DNA from: an uncultured Draconibacterium sp.
GTDB lineage: Bacteria > Bacteroidota > Bacteroidia > Bacteroidales > FEN-979
Direction of reading: 5' to 3'
NCBI GenBank assembly: GCA_964590675.1
Contig: CAZPWZ010000002.1
Location: forward strand, 1-48,438
Length of the DNA stretch: 48,438 nucleotides
Part shown: positions 26,372 to 35,531 of the stretch, in pieces
Numbering within the stretch: position 1 is the first letter of the stretch
Layout: each line of letters starts with the position of its first letter
Translations under genes and position numbers: made by a program
Notes under the pieces: generated by a model
Database searches by the model: none
What the model was told of the DNA's origin: nothing
Seen by the model: the letters and a program-made list of their open reading frames with translations, nothing else

Positions 26372-26400
26372 AAAAGAAAAAGCCGGCATTTCTGCCGGCT
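26372..26400 (-). terminator. Rho-independent terminator of tRNA-Asn
   Basis: Minus-strand hairpin AGCCGGCAGAAATGCCGGCT followed by TTTTTCTTTT, 12 nt after the tRNA 3' end. Confidence 0.65.
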
Positions 26401-26412
26401 AGTCCAGTAAGG

Positions 26413-26486
26413 CTCCCCCTGCTAGACTTGAACTAGCGACCCTCTGATTAACAGTCAGATGCTCTAACCAACTGAGCTAAGGAGGA
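26413..26486 (-). tRNA. tRNA-Asn (anticodon GTT)
   Basis: Hand-folded 74-nt cloverleaf. Acceptor TCCTCCT/AGGGGGA, D-arm GCTC/GAGC, anticodon arm TCTGA-CTGTTAA-TCAGA, T-arm GCTAG-TTCAAGT-CTAGC, discriminator G. Only CC of the CCA is encoded. Confidence 0.93.
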
Positions 26487-26497
26487 ATTTGGGAGTG

Positions 26498-26505
26498 CAA
26501 AATTA
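26498..26505 (-). promoter_or_regulatory. Candidate -7 promoter box of tRNA-Asn
   Basis: Plus strand CAAAATTA is TAATTTTG on the minus strand, 12 nt upstream of the mature tRNA 5' end. Confidence 0.5.
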
Positions 26506-26660
26506 AAACAATCTTTGTTAAAAACCAATAGTTTGAAGGAAAGTTTTCTTTAATATAATTGCGTGGTTCGAAATTCTGTCATAATATTGTGTAACCTTTT
26601 GCTGGCTAAATGGTATAAAGGATTAGGTATAAACATATTGCCTTATATAGCGCTCGTGTT

Positions 26661-27893
26661 ATGATCAAGATTCTGAGATACTTAACAATAATTCTGCTGT
26701 TATCTTTTTCCCTTGCTGCCTTTTCACAAACCCAGGGTGTGCTGGGCCGGCGCTTTTTCAGCAACTGGAGCATCGGCATTGCAGGAGGGCCGAATGTGTT
26801 TTTCGGAGATCTGAAAGTAACGGATTTCTGGCCGGTGAGCAGCAATATGAACGAGTGGCGTTATGCCGGCACCTTCTCGCTGACCAAACAGGTGAGCCAT
26901 GTCTTTGCTTTCCGCGCCCAGGTGATGTATGGCGAAATTTCGGGCACCAAGCGGGTTTATAAGGACGGCACGCCATGCAACCAGTATTTCGACGGCAGCA
27001 TCCTGGAATACAACCTCAACACAACCATCAATATCAGCAACCTCTTCACCTCTTACAAACCCAACCGGAAATTCTTCGTGTATGGAACCCTCGGCGTCGG
27101 CCTCTCCACCTGGGATACGAAAAGAAAAGACCTGGTGACCCATGCAATCGACACCACCGGCACATCATATCTCCAAACCATGGCCCTGGCGGGCATCGGC
27201 GGCATTGGCGCCTATTACTCCTTTGGCGACAAGGTGAACCTGGGCATAGAGTGGACGCTGCACGGTTTGAATTCCGATGACCTCGACCGCACCCGGGGCG
27301 TTTTTAAGTACGACGCCTACTCGACAGCCTCACTCACCCTCACCTATAACTTCAACAGGAAGAACCCGGGCAAACTGCAGGCAGCAAAAATGGGAAAACA
27401 GCTCGGCCCCATGCCGGCGAAACCTGAACCCGACCCGCTGTTAAAAAGTACCACTGATAAACCGGCCGGCACAGGCACTGCAACGGGGAAACTCCCTTCA
27501 CTTCCAACCCCGCTCGGCCTCCCGGTACGCGACACCGTTACAAAAGCCACCCCCCCTGCCGACACGCTGCTGTTCACCTCCGAACCGGTCGATACCACCA
27601 GCATCTCCGATGAAGAATCGGGTCCCTACGTCCAGGGAATATCATACAGGGTGCAGATATTTGCCTTTGAAACCAGCGAATATCCGTCCGAAACAATCCA
27701 GGAGAGATTCAGGCTGAATGAACCGGTTTACAAGGAATTCAGCGAAGGATGGTACCGCTATACCGTGGGAACCTTCACGACCTTCAAATCGGCCAAGGCC
27801 TATATGAACAAGATGCGCAAGCTCGGTATCCGGGACGCCTTTATTGCCCGCTATGAAGATGGTATCCGCATCGCATCGCATCCCAAACACTGA
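26661..27893 (+). CDS. Outer-membrane beta-barrel protein with Pro/Thr-rich linker and C-terminal SPOR domain
   Basis: 410 aa with a signal peptide. N-terminal OMP beta-barrel-like alternating pattern. Linker PAKPEPDPLLKSTTDKPAGTGTATG. C-terminus YRVQIFAFETSE...GWYRYTVGTFTTFKSAKAYMNKMRKLGIRDAFIARYEDG is a SPOR-type peptidoglycan-binding pattern. Confidence 0.85.
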   Translation: MIKILRYLTIILLLSFSLAAFSQTQGVLGRRFFSNWSIGIAGGPNVFFGDLKVTDFWPVSSNMNEWRYAGTFSLTKQVSHVFAFRAQVMYGEISGTKRVYKDGTPCNQYFDGSILEYNLNTTINISNLFTSYKPNRKFFVYGTLGVGLSTWDTKRKDLVTHAIDTTGTSYLQTMALAGIGGIGAYYSFGDKVNLGIEWTLHGLNSDDLDRTRGVFKYDAYSTASLTLTYNFNRKNPGKLQAAKMGKQLGPMPAKPEPDPLLKSTTDKPAGTGTATGKLPSLPTPLGLPVRDTVTKATPPADTLLFTSEPVDTTSISDEESGPYVQGISYRVQIFAFETSEYPSETIQERFRLNEPVYKEFSEGWYRYTVGTFTTFKSAKAYMNKMRKLGIRDAFIARYEDGIRIASHPKH

Positions 27894-30141
27894 TTTGAAT
27901 CAATCGATCCTTTTCATAACGCCTCCTTTTACCCAACTGAATACACCCTATCCGGCTGCATCATGCCTGAAAGGATTCCTCAACACTAAAAACATCCCAT
28001 CACACCAGGCCGACCTGGGCATCGAAGTCATCCTTGAATTGTTCTCGCCCTGCGGATTCAGCATGCTTTTCGCCGAAATTCACCGCCTGAAGCCCACCCT
28101 TTCGGCCAATGCCCGGCGCATGGTGCAAATGCAGGCGATGTATACCAGTACCATCGGCCCTGTGGTCGCATTCCTCCAGGACCGCCAGCCTGAACTTGCC
28201 TACCTGATATGCAGCGGAACCTGGCTTCCCGAAGCATCGCGATTCAGCCACCACGACGACCTTGACCAGGCCTTCGGCTCACTGGGCATCAGGGACAAGG
28301 CAAAACACCTGGCAACCCTCTATCTTGAAGATATCGCAGACCTTATCACCGAGGCTGTCGATCCCCATTTTGGCTTCAGCCGGTATGCCGAGCGCCTGGG
28401 CCGTTCGGCTTCAACATTCGATGCACTTGATGCGGAACTTCGCAGTGATGCTTCATCCGCGGATAATGCAATGAAATTAAGCCATGCTGATCACCGGCCA
28501 AGGCTTATCGACCGGATCCTTACAGGCATCCTGCAGCAGAAAATGGTGCAGTTCAAACCCACGCTGGTGGCGCTTTCGGTACCTTTCCCGGGTAACCTCT
28601 ACAGCGCCCTGAAGTGCGCACAATGGCTTAAAGTGCACTATCCCGGGGTGAAAATCGTGATGGGAGGCGGATTTGTCAATACCGAATTACGGTCGCTAAG
28701 CGATCCAAGGGTATTCAGCTACGTCGATTTTATCACCCTCGACGATGGCGAAACACCCCTGCTTCATCTCATCGAACATCTCGATGGATTGCGAAAAACG
28801 GAGAATCTTAAACGAACATTTACGCTGGAAAACGGAACTGTCACCTATTTCGACGGTTCGCAGGAACCCGATGTTGCGCCCCAGGATACCGGTACGCCGG
28901 ATTATGCGGATCTGCCCCTGGACAGCTACCTTTCAGTGATCGAGATGGTGAACCCGATGTACCGCCTCTGGAGCGACGGCCGCTGGAACAAGCTGATGCT
29001 CGCCCACGGATGTTACTGGGGCCAGTGCACCTTTTGCGATACCACCCTCGACTACATTCAACGCTACAAACCCAACAAGGCGGCGCAATTGTGCGACCGG
29101 ATGGAGGCCATTGCGGCACAAACCGGGTTTCATGGATTTCATTTCACTGATGAAGCCGCCCCACCAGCCCTGCTCCGCGAACTGGCCCTCGAGATCCTCC
29201 GCCGGAAGCTGCCTGTTGTGTGGTGGACCAATATCCGTTTTGAAAAAAACTTCACCCGTGATCTTTGCCGGCTGCTGAAGGCATCGGGATGCATTGCCGT
29301 TTCCGGGGGCCTTGAAGTGGCTTCCGACCGCATCCTGACGCTGATCAACAAGGGAGTTACGGTTTCGCAGGTGGCCCGTGTGGCCGGCGATTTCACCAGG
29401 GCCGGGATCATGGTCCACGCCTACCTGATGTATGGTTTTCCGACGCAAACCGCCCGGGAAACCATTGATTCGCTGGAGGTGGTGCGCCAGCTTTTCAAGA
29501 ATGGCGTTATTCAATCGGGTTTCTGGCACCAGTTCGCCATGACGGCCCACAGCCCGGTGGGAAGGCACCCGGAACAATTCAGGGTGAAGAGGGAAAATGT
29601 GGACCCGGGCAGCTTCGCCAACAACGATCTCGTTTTTACCGACAGGAAAGGCTGCGATCATGCTGCTTTCAGCGACGGACTAAAAAAATCGCTTTACAAT
29701 TACATGCATGGCGCCTGTTTCGATTTCGGCCTGGATGAATGGTTCGATTTCAAAGTACCCCGGACGACCGTTGCACCGTATTTCATCAGGAACATCCTTA
29801 CACAGGTGGCGCCGGAGACAACGGATCCCGGAGCCAGGATCATATGGCCCGGTGAAATGCCGGCTGTCCATTTTTATACCCGGACGAAAAAAGGAAAAAC
29901 TTCGGCGATGGCCGCATTGCAATTCCATACACAGCAGCGCGGCTTCACCCTCCAGTTCAGCGAATCAACAGGAAAATGGCTCATGGATCTGTTTCCCCAT
30001 CTCCTGGCCGAAAATAAAACTCCTTTTACCTTCCGGCAGATGGAGGCGCATTTCAGCAATAACAACACGGGAGATTTCAGGACATTCTGGAAAAGTCAGC
30101 CGTTTCAAATTCTCCGTAACAACGGGCTGCTTGTTTTATAA
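27844..30141 (+). CDS. B12-binding-domain-type radical SAM protein (large, ~760 aa)
   Basis: N-terminal Rossmann-like ILFITPPFTQLNTPYPAASCLKGFL and LVALSVPFPGNLYSA...VKIVMGGGF. Cluster motif AHGCYWGQCTFCD. Start uncertain: TTG 27844 or ATG 27853, both overlapping the upstream gene by 41-50 nt. Confidence 0.85.
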   Translation: MPAMKMVSASHRIPNTDLNQSILFITPPFTQLNTPYPAASCLKGFLNTKNIPSHQADLGIEVILELFSPCGFSMLFAEIHRLKPTLSANARRMVQMQAMYTSTIGPVVAFLQDRQPELAYLICSGTWLPEASRFSHHDDLDQAFGSLGIRDKAKHLATLYLEDIADLITEAVDPHFGFSRYAERLGRSASTFDALDAELRSDASSADNAMKLSHADHRPRLIDRILTGILQQKMVQFKPTLVALSVPFPGNLYSALKCAQWLKVHYPGVKIVMGGGFVNTELRSLSDPRVFSYVDFITLDDGETPLLHLIEHLDGLRKTENLKRTFTLENGTVTYFDGSQEPDVAPQDTGTPDYADLPLDSYLSVIEMVNPMYRLWSDGRWNKLMLAHGCYWGQCTFCDTTLDYIQRYKPNKAAQLCDRMEAIAAQTGFHGFHFTDEAAPPALLRELALEILRRKLPVVWWTNIRFEKNFTRDLCRLLKASGCIAVSGGLEVASDRILTLINKGVTVSQVARVAGDFTRAGIMVHAYLMYGFPTQTARETIDSLEVVRQLFKNGVIQSGFWHQFAMTAHSPVGRHPEQFRVKRENVDPGSFANNDLVFTDRKGCDHAAFSDGLKKSLYNYMHGACFDFGLDEWFDFKVPRTTVAPYFIRNILTQVAPETTDPGARIIWPGEMPAVHFYTRTKKGKTSAMAALQFHTQQRGFTLQFSESTGKWLMDLFPHLLAENKTPFTFRQMEAHFSNNNTGDFRTFWKSQPFQILRNNGLLVL

Positions 30142-31680
30142 CTAGTTTTCTTTTTCGATGATCTGCATGGCGATTTTGATACCGTCGGCAGCGCTGGAGA
30201 CGATACCCCCTGCATAACCGCTGCCTTCGCCGGCAATGAACAGGTTATCGAACCCGGTGCACAACCCGTTTTTCTCACGGATTGCCTGGATGGGCGATGA
30301 GGTCTTGCTCTCGAGTCCCAGCAGTATCCCCTTGCCATATCCGCGGAGTCGCTGTTCAAAATCCTTCAGCCCTTCGCGCAGGGCTTGGGTCACCACTGCA
30401 GGAAGCATCTCCCAGAGCGGGGCCGGTTTTAATCCCAGCGGATAACTGGTATCCGGGATATCGCGGGGGATGGTCCCGGCTATGAAATCGCTGATACTGC
30501 AGAACGGCGCCTCGAATCCATTTGAAAAATCAAAGAAGGACCGTTCCAGGTTCTCAAGCCAGCCGAGCGCTTCAAGGGGGGTGACCGTCCGGCCGGCCAG
30601 CTGGTCGGGATGGATGCCTGCCACACAGCCTGCATTGGCAAACCTGCCGTTGCGGCGATAATTGCTCATGCCGTTCACGATATTGGTATCCCGGGTAGTG
30701 GCCGCAGGTACCACCATCCCGCCGGGGCACATGCAAAAAGTATATACCGGGTGCATGCCATCGGCTTCGGAGGTGAGCCGGTATTCGGCCGCTTTCACTC
30801 CCTGCAGCCTTCCGGTTCCCCATTGTGCCTGGTTGATCAGCTCCTGCCGGTGTTCAGCCCGCGATCCGATGGCGAAATTCTTGGTACGGAATGGAATGCC
30901 ATGGCCGATCATCATGCGGTAGGTTTCAAATGCCGAATGCCCGGGCGCGACAATGAAATATCCTGCCTGCAGGCTTTCTTCGCCCGCAAGGGCCTCCAGC
31001 ACCCTGCCGTTTTCAATGACCAGGCCGGTGAGGGTGGTTTCAAAGCGAATGTCGCCGCCCAGTGCCTTGTATTGCTCCCTGAGATTCCTGACCACCACGC
31101 GCAGGTTATCGCTTCCCACATGCGGGTAGGCCATATAACGGATCTCGGCCGGGGCGCCTGCTTCGATGTAACTCGAAATAAAAAAATTCCTTTCCCTGGA
31201 GATGTGTTTCGAACGGGATGTGAGTTTGCCGTCTGAAAAGGTACCCGCTCCGCCTTCACCAAACGCATAATTGGCCACGGGGCTGAACAGGCCAGTCTTT
31301 TCAAATTTAGCGATGCCCTCCGCCCGGAGGGCCACGTCGGCGCCGCGTTCAAGTAAAACAGTATCAAATCCCGCCTTCTGAAGCACCAGTGCGGCAAAAA
31401 ATCCGGCCGGACCGCTCCCGGTGACCACTATGCGCTTATTCCTGGGCTTAAATGGAATATTTAATACATCCATGGATTCAGGTTCTTTACCAGGAATGGC
31501 CGGCGAATGAACCCCGATGCGCAAAAGCCAGTGGATGTTGTTCTTTTTGCGGGCATCGAGACTTTTGCTTTCGATCTGCCATGAAAATTCGGCCAGCCGG
31601 AGCTCCTTCGCAATTTTTTGTCTCAATTCCGCATCGGTATAGCCGGTGGGGGCCTTTATCTCTATGACTTTAAATCCCAT
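30142..31680 (-). CDS. NAD(P)/FAD-dependent oxidoreductase (COG2509-type uncharacterized FAD-dependent dehydrogenase)
   Basis: 512 aa. Dinucleotide-binding RIVVTGSGPAGFFAALVLQKAGFDTVLLERG. C-terminal NLFIAGEGSGYAGGIVSSAADGIK. Its stop abuts the radical SAM stop (convergent, 0-nt gap). Confidence 0.88.
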   Translation of the reverse strand: MGFKVIEIKAPTGYTDAELRQKIAKELRLAEFSWQIESKSLDARKKNNIHWLLRIGVHSPAIPGKEPESMDVLNIPFKPRNKRIVVTGSGPAGFFAALVLQKAGFDTVLLERGADVALRAEGIAKFEKTGLFSPVANYAFGEGGAGTFSDGKLTSRSKHISRERNFFISSYIEAGAPAEIRYMAYPHVGSDNLRVVVRNLREQYKALGGDIRFETTLTGLVIENGRVLEALAGEESLQAGYFIVAPGHSAFETYRMMIGHGIPFRTKNFAIGSRAEHRQELINQAQWGTGRLQGVKAAEYRLTSEADGMHPVYTFCMCPGGMVVPAATTRDTNIVNGMSNYRRNGRFANAGCVAGIHPDQLAGRTVTPLEALGWLENLERSFFDFSNGFEAPFCSISDFIAGTIPRDIPDTSYPLGLKPAPLWEMLPAVVTQALREGLKDFEQRLRGYGKGILLGLESKTSSPIQAIREKNGLCTGFDNLFIAGEGSGYAGGIVSSAADGIKIAMQIIEKEN

Positions 31681-31882
31681 GCTTCGTATTATAAATACCT
31701 GTTTTTACTGCACCCGGAAGGACTGTTTTCGTAATCCGGTTTTATACTGCATCTCTGCAGGGTTGCTAACGCAATCCGGTAAAATGCCGATATTCTGAGC
31801 AATGAATTTCACCTGAATATGCATTCTTATTCATCCGGATATAAATGATTCCGCCGGGGCAAATTTACAGTTAAAATTTTTC

Positions 31883-33871
31883 ATGGAATTTTCCGTTATA
31901 TCTGCCAGTCATAAAACCTGCATGCTACAACGGTTACTTCTCTTTTGTTCACTGGTATTTATTCAGATCCCAGGATCCGCGCAATCAGACCTGGGTTTCA
32001 GGCAATCTGCCGTGAACCTGTTGAGAAAAGGCGATTACATCGGCGCGCTGAAATACCTGAACCTCGTCATTCAAAAGGAGCCTTCGGTGCCTGAACTGTA
32101 CTTTTTGCGGGGCTATGCCAAATATGGACTGGATGATTTCATGGGTGCCGAACAGGATTATTCCATCTCGATCGAATTGTCGCCATACATTCCCGATGTG
32201 TTTACCAACCGGGCCATCGTAAGGAGCCAGATGCAAAATTACAAGGGTGCCATGGATGATTTTGAAAAAGCGCTGGAGATGGATGGCACCAACGCGGAAA
32301 TATGGTTTCACCGGGCCCGTACGAACCTGATCCTGAAGAAGCACTACTCCTGCATTGTCGACTGCAACAAAGCCATCCAGCTGGGTTACAAAGGCGAATC
32401 GGTATACATTCTCAAATCAAGCGCCGAGGTTGAAATCAAGCGGTTCAACGAGGCCATTGAGGACCTGGATCTTGCCAGGAAAATAAATCCTAAAAACGGT
32501 TACATTTTTTCACAGCGCGGCCTGGTATGGCTTGAGCTGAACCAGGTCGACTCGGCCATCACCGATTTCAGCCGGGCTGTCACCCTTGATTCTGTCAACT
32601 CCTTTGCCTTGTTTAACCGGGCGCTGGCCCTCCTTAAAAAGTCGGACAAGGTCGGTGCGCTGAAGGACCTGAACACGGTGATCCGCCTGGCGCCGTATAA
32701 TTCATATGCCTATTACAACCGCGCTGTCGTGCTGATCGGGCTGAATGAAAAGCGGGGCGCCATCCGCGATTTCGATATTGTCAGCAAACTCGATCCAAAA
32801 AATATCATCAGCTATTATTACCGCAGCAAGCTGAAATCGGAGCTTAAGGATTACCAGGGAGCCCTTGAGGATCTGAACAAGACGATTGAACTGCTTCCCG
32901 ATTATACCGAGGCCTGGTACGACCGGTATGAGGTTAAAATGAAACTCAGGGACCAGAAGGGGGCCCAGGAAGATTACAGGATGGCGCTGGAGCTGACCCA
33001 AAGAAACCACCTGAATCCCGACAGCCTGAAGGCCGAACGGAAAGATTACCTTAAAAGCCTGGTGAAGCTGAGCGGTGATTTTGAGGAGATGAACACCCTG
33101 AACAGCAAGCTGCAGAATCAATCGGTAGACATCCAGCTTAAGCCGGTCTATCATATCATCCTGTGGAAGACTGATTTCGACAAGGTAAAGCTGTATGATG
33201 TTTATAAAAAAGAACACTATTTTACCAACATCCTCTCCTTTACGAACCAGGCGGGGGTTATCGGTGATTCGCTGCTTCTGGCCGAGGCCGAGCGGCAAAC
33301 CCGGGTGATCGATTCTGCGGGACCAACCCCCGATTCCTATTTCCGAAGGGCAGTTTCACGCTCCCTGCTGCGGAATTATAGCGCATCACTCGATGATTTC
33401 AATGCCACCCTGATGGCCGATTCGACCTATATTGCAGCCTGGTTTTGCAGGGCCAATGCTCGTTATGAGCTGATCCAGGTAATTAAAATGCAGGAGGAAT
33501 CCCATTATGAGATCACCATCGGCAACCTGTCGCAAAAACCACAGGCTCCCGCCCTGTCGGCCACACTGGAACATACCTACGAAGCGGTAATCCATGATTA
33601 CGACAAAGCCCTGGCCCTCGATCCCGGTTTTTCCTATGCATGGTACAACCGGGGTTACATGAACAGCAGGATGGGCAATTACCGGGAGTCGGTGGATGAT
33701 TTTTCAAAAGCCATCGCCCTCGAACCTGATTTTGCTGAAGCCTATTATAACCGCGGACTGATGAGCATCCTGCTGAACGACAACCACGCCGGATGCAAGG
33801 ACCTGAGCCGCGCCGGTGAACTGGGGATCACCGATGCCTACAAGGTAATGAAGCGGTATTGCTACAAATAA
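31883..33871 (+). CDS. Tetratricopeptide repeat (TPR) protein, secreted
   Basis: 662 aa. More than 10 TPR-like units (for example AEAYYNRGLMSILLNDNHAGCKDLSRAGELG). The signal peptide begins at the internal Met (MLQRLLLFCSLVFIQIPGSAQ), so 31922 is the more likely start. Confidence 0.85.
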   Translation: MEFSVISASHKTCMLQRLLLFCSLVFIQIPGSAQSDLGFRQSAVNLLRKGDYIGALKYLNLVIQKEPSVPELYFLRGYAKYGLDDFMGAEQDYSISIELSPYIPDVFTNRAIVRSQMQNYKGAMDDFEKALEMDGTNAEIWFHRARTNLILKKHYSCIVDCNKAIQLGYKGESVYILKSSAEVEIKRFNEAIEDLDLARKINPKNGYIFSQRGLVWLELNQVDSAITDFSRAVTLDSVNSFALFNRALALLKKSDKVGALKDLNTVIRLAPYNSYAYYNRAVVLIGLNEKRGAIRDFDIVSKLDPKNIISYYYRSKLKSELKDYQGALEDLNKTIELLPDYTEAWYDRYEVKMKLRDQKGAQEDYRMALELTQRNHLNPDSLKAERKDYLKSLVKLSGDFEEMNTLNSKLQNQSVDIQLKPVYHIILWKTDFDKVKLYDVYKKEHYFTNILSFTNQAGVIGDSLLLAEAERQTRVIDSAGPTPDSYFRRAVSRSLLRNYSASLDDFNATLMADSTYIAAWFCRANARYELIQVIKMQEESHYEITIGNLSQKPQAPALSATLEHTYEAVIHDYDKALALDPGFSYAWYNRGYMNSRMGNYRESVDDFSKAIALEPDFAEAYYNRGLMSILLNDNHAGCKDLSRAGELGITDAYKVMKRYCYK

Positions 33872-33879
33872 CAAGGAAT

Positions 33880-33924
33880 AAAAAAACCGGGGCCGGTCAA
33901 AATTTGAATTTGGTCAGCCCCGGT
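33880..33924 (-). terminator. Possible rho-independent terminator of the 33950..34684 gene
   Basis: Stem ACCGGGGC/GCCCCGGT (8 bp, long 23-nt loop) followed on the minus strand by a T-run. Lies between convergent genes. Confidence 0.4.
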
Positions 33925-33949
33925 AATGCTAATAACTGGTTCAGCGAAT

Positions 33950-34684
33950 TTACTCCACAGCCGATCTGATCTCCGAGTCGTAACCGATGATCATGTCCAT
34001 CCATTCATCCATTCCAGATTGCCAGGAACCGGCACCGAATAATTTTTCATAGGCGGATTTGGGTCCGGGATCTGTCTGCCAATCGCCGAATTTGTCGAAG
34101 CTCCATGTAATTGCCACATCAGGGCCGTTCTTTGCATGCAGGTTGTTCTCAAAAACAAGAAATGCCGTCTTTCCATCCGATTCATATGCTTTTTTCAATT
34201 TCCCGACCAGCTCCTTAAAACGGTAATATTGCTTGGGCTTAAGATCGATCGCCCAAACCTCCTGGTATTTTGATTTTTTCTGAATATCCAGTCCAAAAGA
34301 GAGCCCCGTGTTGAAATTCCAGAATGAAGTCGGACCATATTCTTCAACCAGGGGATCAACGTTGGTGCTCCAATCCAGCGAATGGCCATTTTCCGTGGTG
34401 GGACGGGTGTCAAGGGAACCATAAACTGTCGGGCCAAAAATCCAGACATACCATCCGGCGTTCGGACCGTATTCGACCTTCCTTAACCTGGCAACATAGG
34501 GACCATCAGGATGGAATTTCTTGATATGGGACTTCACTGCTGCTTCAAACTTCTCTTCCATTCCGCTCTTCGGCATGATCAGTAAATTTTCAACTGCATA
34601 CTGTGGGTTTTCCGTATCAGACTGTGCAAAAATGTTTGATGCCAAACAACCTGCTACGAAAATCATTATGATAAACTTTTTCAT
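33950..34684 (-). CDS. Secreted hypothetical protein (two similar halves, possibly ferredoxin-like/ABM-type folds)
   Basis: 244 aa. Signal peptide MKKFIIMIFVAGCLASNIFAQ. No catalytic motif recognised, and the fold suggestion is only an impression. Confidence 0.65.
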   Translation of the reverse strand: MKKFIIMIFVAGCLASNIFAQSDTENPQYAVENLLIMPKSGMEEKFEAAVKSHIKKFHPDGPYVARLRKVEYGPNAGWYVWIFGPTVYGSLDTRPTTENGHSLDWSTNVDPLVEEYGPTSFWNFNTGLSFGLDIQKKSKYQEVWAIDLKPKQYYRFKELVGKLKKAYESDGKTAFLVFENNLHAKNGPDVAITWSFDKFGDWQTDPGPKSAYEKLFGAGSWQSGMDEWMDMIIGYDSEIRSAVE

Positions 34685-34842
34685 GTTCCTGTTTTTTTTG
34701 GTTAATAATCAATGATTTACAAATAAGGGGGCAATGTACATTTTTATTTAATCCGATTATAAATTATTTTCATGAGATAATGCTTGTTTTACCCGGCTTT
34801 TTAATGCAACGCTAACAGTATGAGCATTAAAAGCAAAAGCAA

Positions 34843-34850
34843 TATCTTTG
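34843..34850 (+). promoter_or_regulatory. Candidate -7 promoter box (TATCTTTG) of the SRPBCC-domain gene
   Basis: Exact TAnnTTTG located inside the 5' end of the track ORF (start 34820), arguing for a downstream start (34865 or 34922). Confidence 0.45.
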
Positions 34851-34921
34851 CGCTGAAAAATTTTATGCCAGGTCTTTCACCGAACCAGGTCAACTTATTG
34901 TCAAATCATAAACTTAATATT

Positions 34922-35452
34922 ATGCGTCAAATTAAAACAGTCCTGGTTTTCACCGGGATTTTGTTCCTTGCTTTTCGCGCGGGGGCAACGATAACCGACA
35001 GTTCTTTCTATGGTTTCACCATTAAGCATGAGCTGGCGGTTAACAGTCACCCGGATACTATCTATAAATACCTGCTGGAAATAGGCAAATGGTGGGATCC
35101 GGATCATACATGGTCGGGGAATGCCTCCAACCTGTACATAGAACCACGTGCCAATGGCTGTTTTTGTGAAAAGCTCGACAAAGGAGGAAGCATCCGTCAC
35201 ATGTCGGTGATTTATGTGCAGCCGGGCAAGATCCTGCGAATGGAAGGCGGGTTGGGACCTTTGCAGATGCTTGCCGTAAATGGATCGCTCACCTTTGAGA
35301 TGGTATTTGCAGTTCCGGCATCCAAACTTACGCTGATCTACACCGTAGGAGGATACAGTCCAAACGGCTTGAAACATCTTGCCCCGATCGTCGACCAGGT
35401 TCTGGGCAACCAGTTGAAGCGCCTGAAGGAATTCACTGAAAGAAAAGAATAA
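34922..35452 (+). CDS. SRPBCC superfamily (AHSA1/START-like) protein with signal peptide
   Basis: Start MRQIKTVLVFTGILFLAFRAGA. IYKYLLEIGKWWDPDHTWSG...CFCEKLDKGGSIRHMSVIYVQPGKILRMEGGLGPLQ resembles the activator-of-Hsp90-ATPase-like SRPBCC pattern. Confidence 0.75.
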   Translation: MRQIKTVLVFTGILFLAFRAGATITDSSFYGFTIKHELAVNSHPDTIYKYLLEIGKWWDPDHTWSGNASNLYIEPRANGCFCEKLDKGGSIRHMSVIYVQPGKILRMEGGLGPLQMLAVNGSLTFEMVFAVPASKLTLIYTVGGYSPNGLKHLAPIVDQVLGNQLKRLKEFTERKE

Positions 35453-35495
35453 TCGTTACCGGGAATTGTCTTTGGGGTTTCTCTGGATAATTTTT

Positions 35496-35503
35496 CTATT
35501 TTT
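35496..35503 (+). promoter_or_regulatory. Candidate -7 promoter box (TATTTTTG) of the beta-barrel gene
   Basis: Exact TAnnTTTG, 29 nt upstream of ATG 35532. Confidence 0.45.
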
Positions 35504-35531
35504 GCCGTGATATAAACAAAAACATCTTCCC

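Noticed and set aside
28933-29661. 242-aa minus-strand ORF inside the radical SAM gene, with the similar long antisense ORFs at 30610-31236, 47625-48263, 3908-4483, 32702-33298, 11735-12232, 34901-35377 and 26724-27143
   Set aside because: All lie antisense to long ORFs that carry clear family motifs. Their products are Arg/Gly/Pro-rich or low-complexity with no recognisable domains. This is typical of stop-poor antisense frames.
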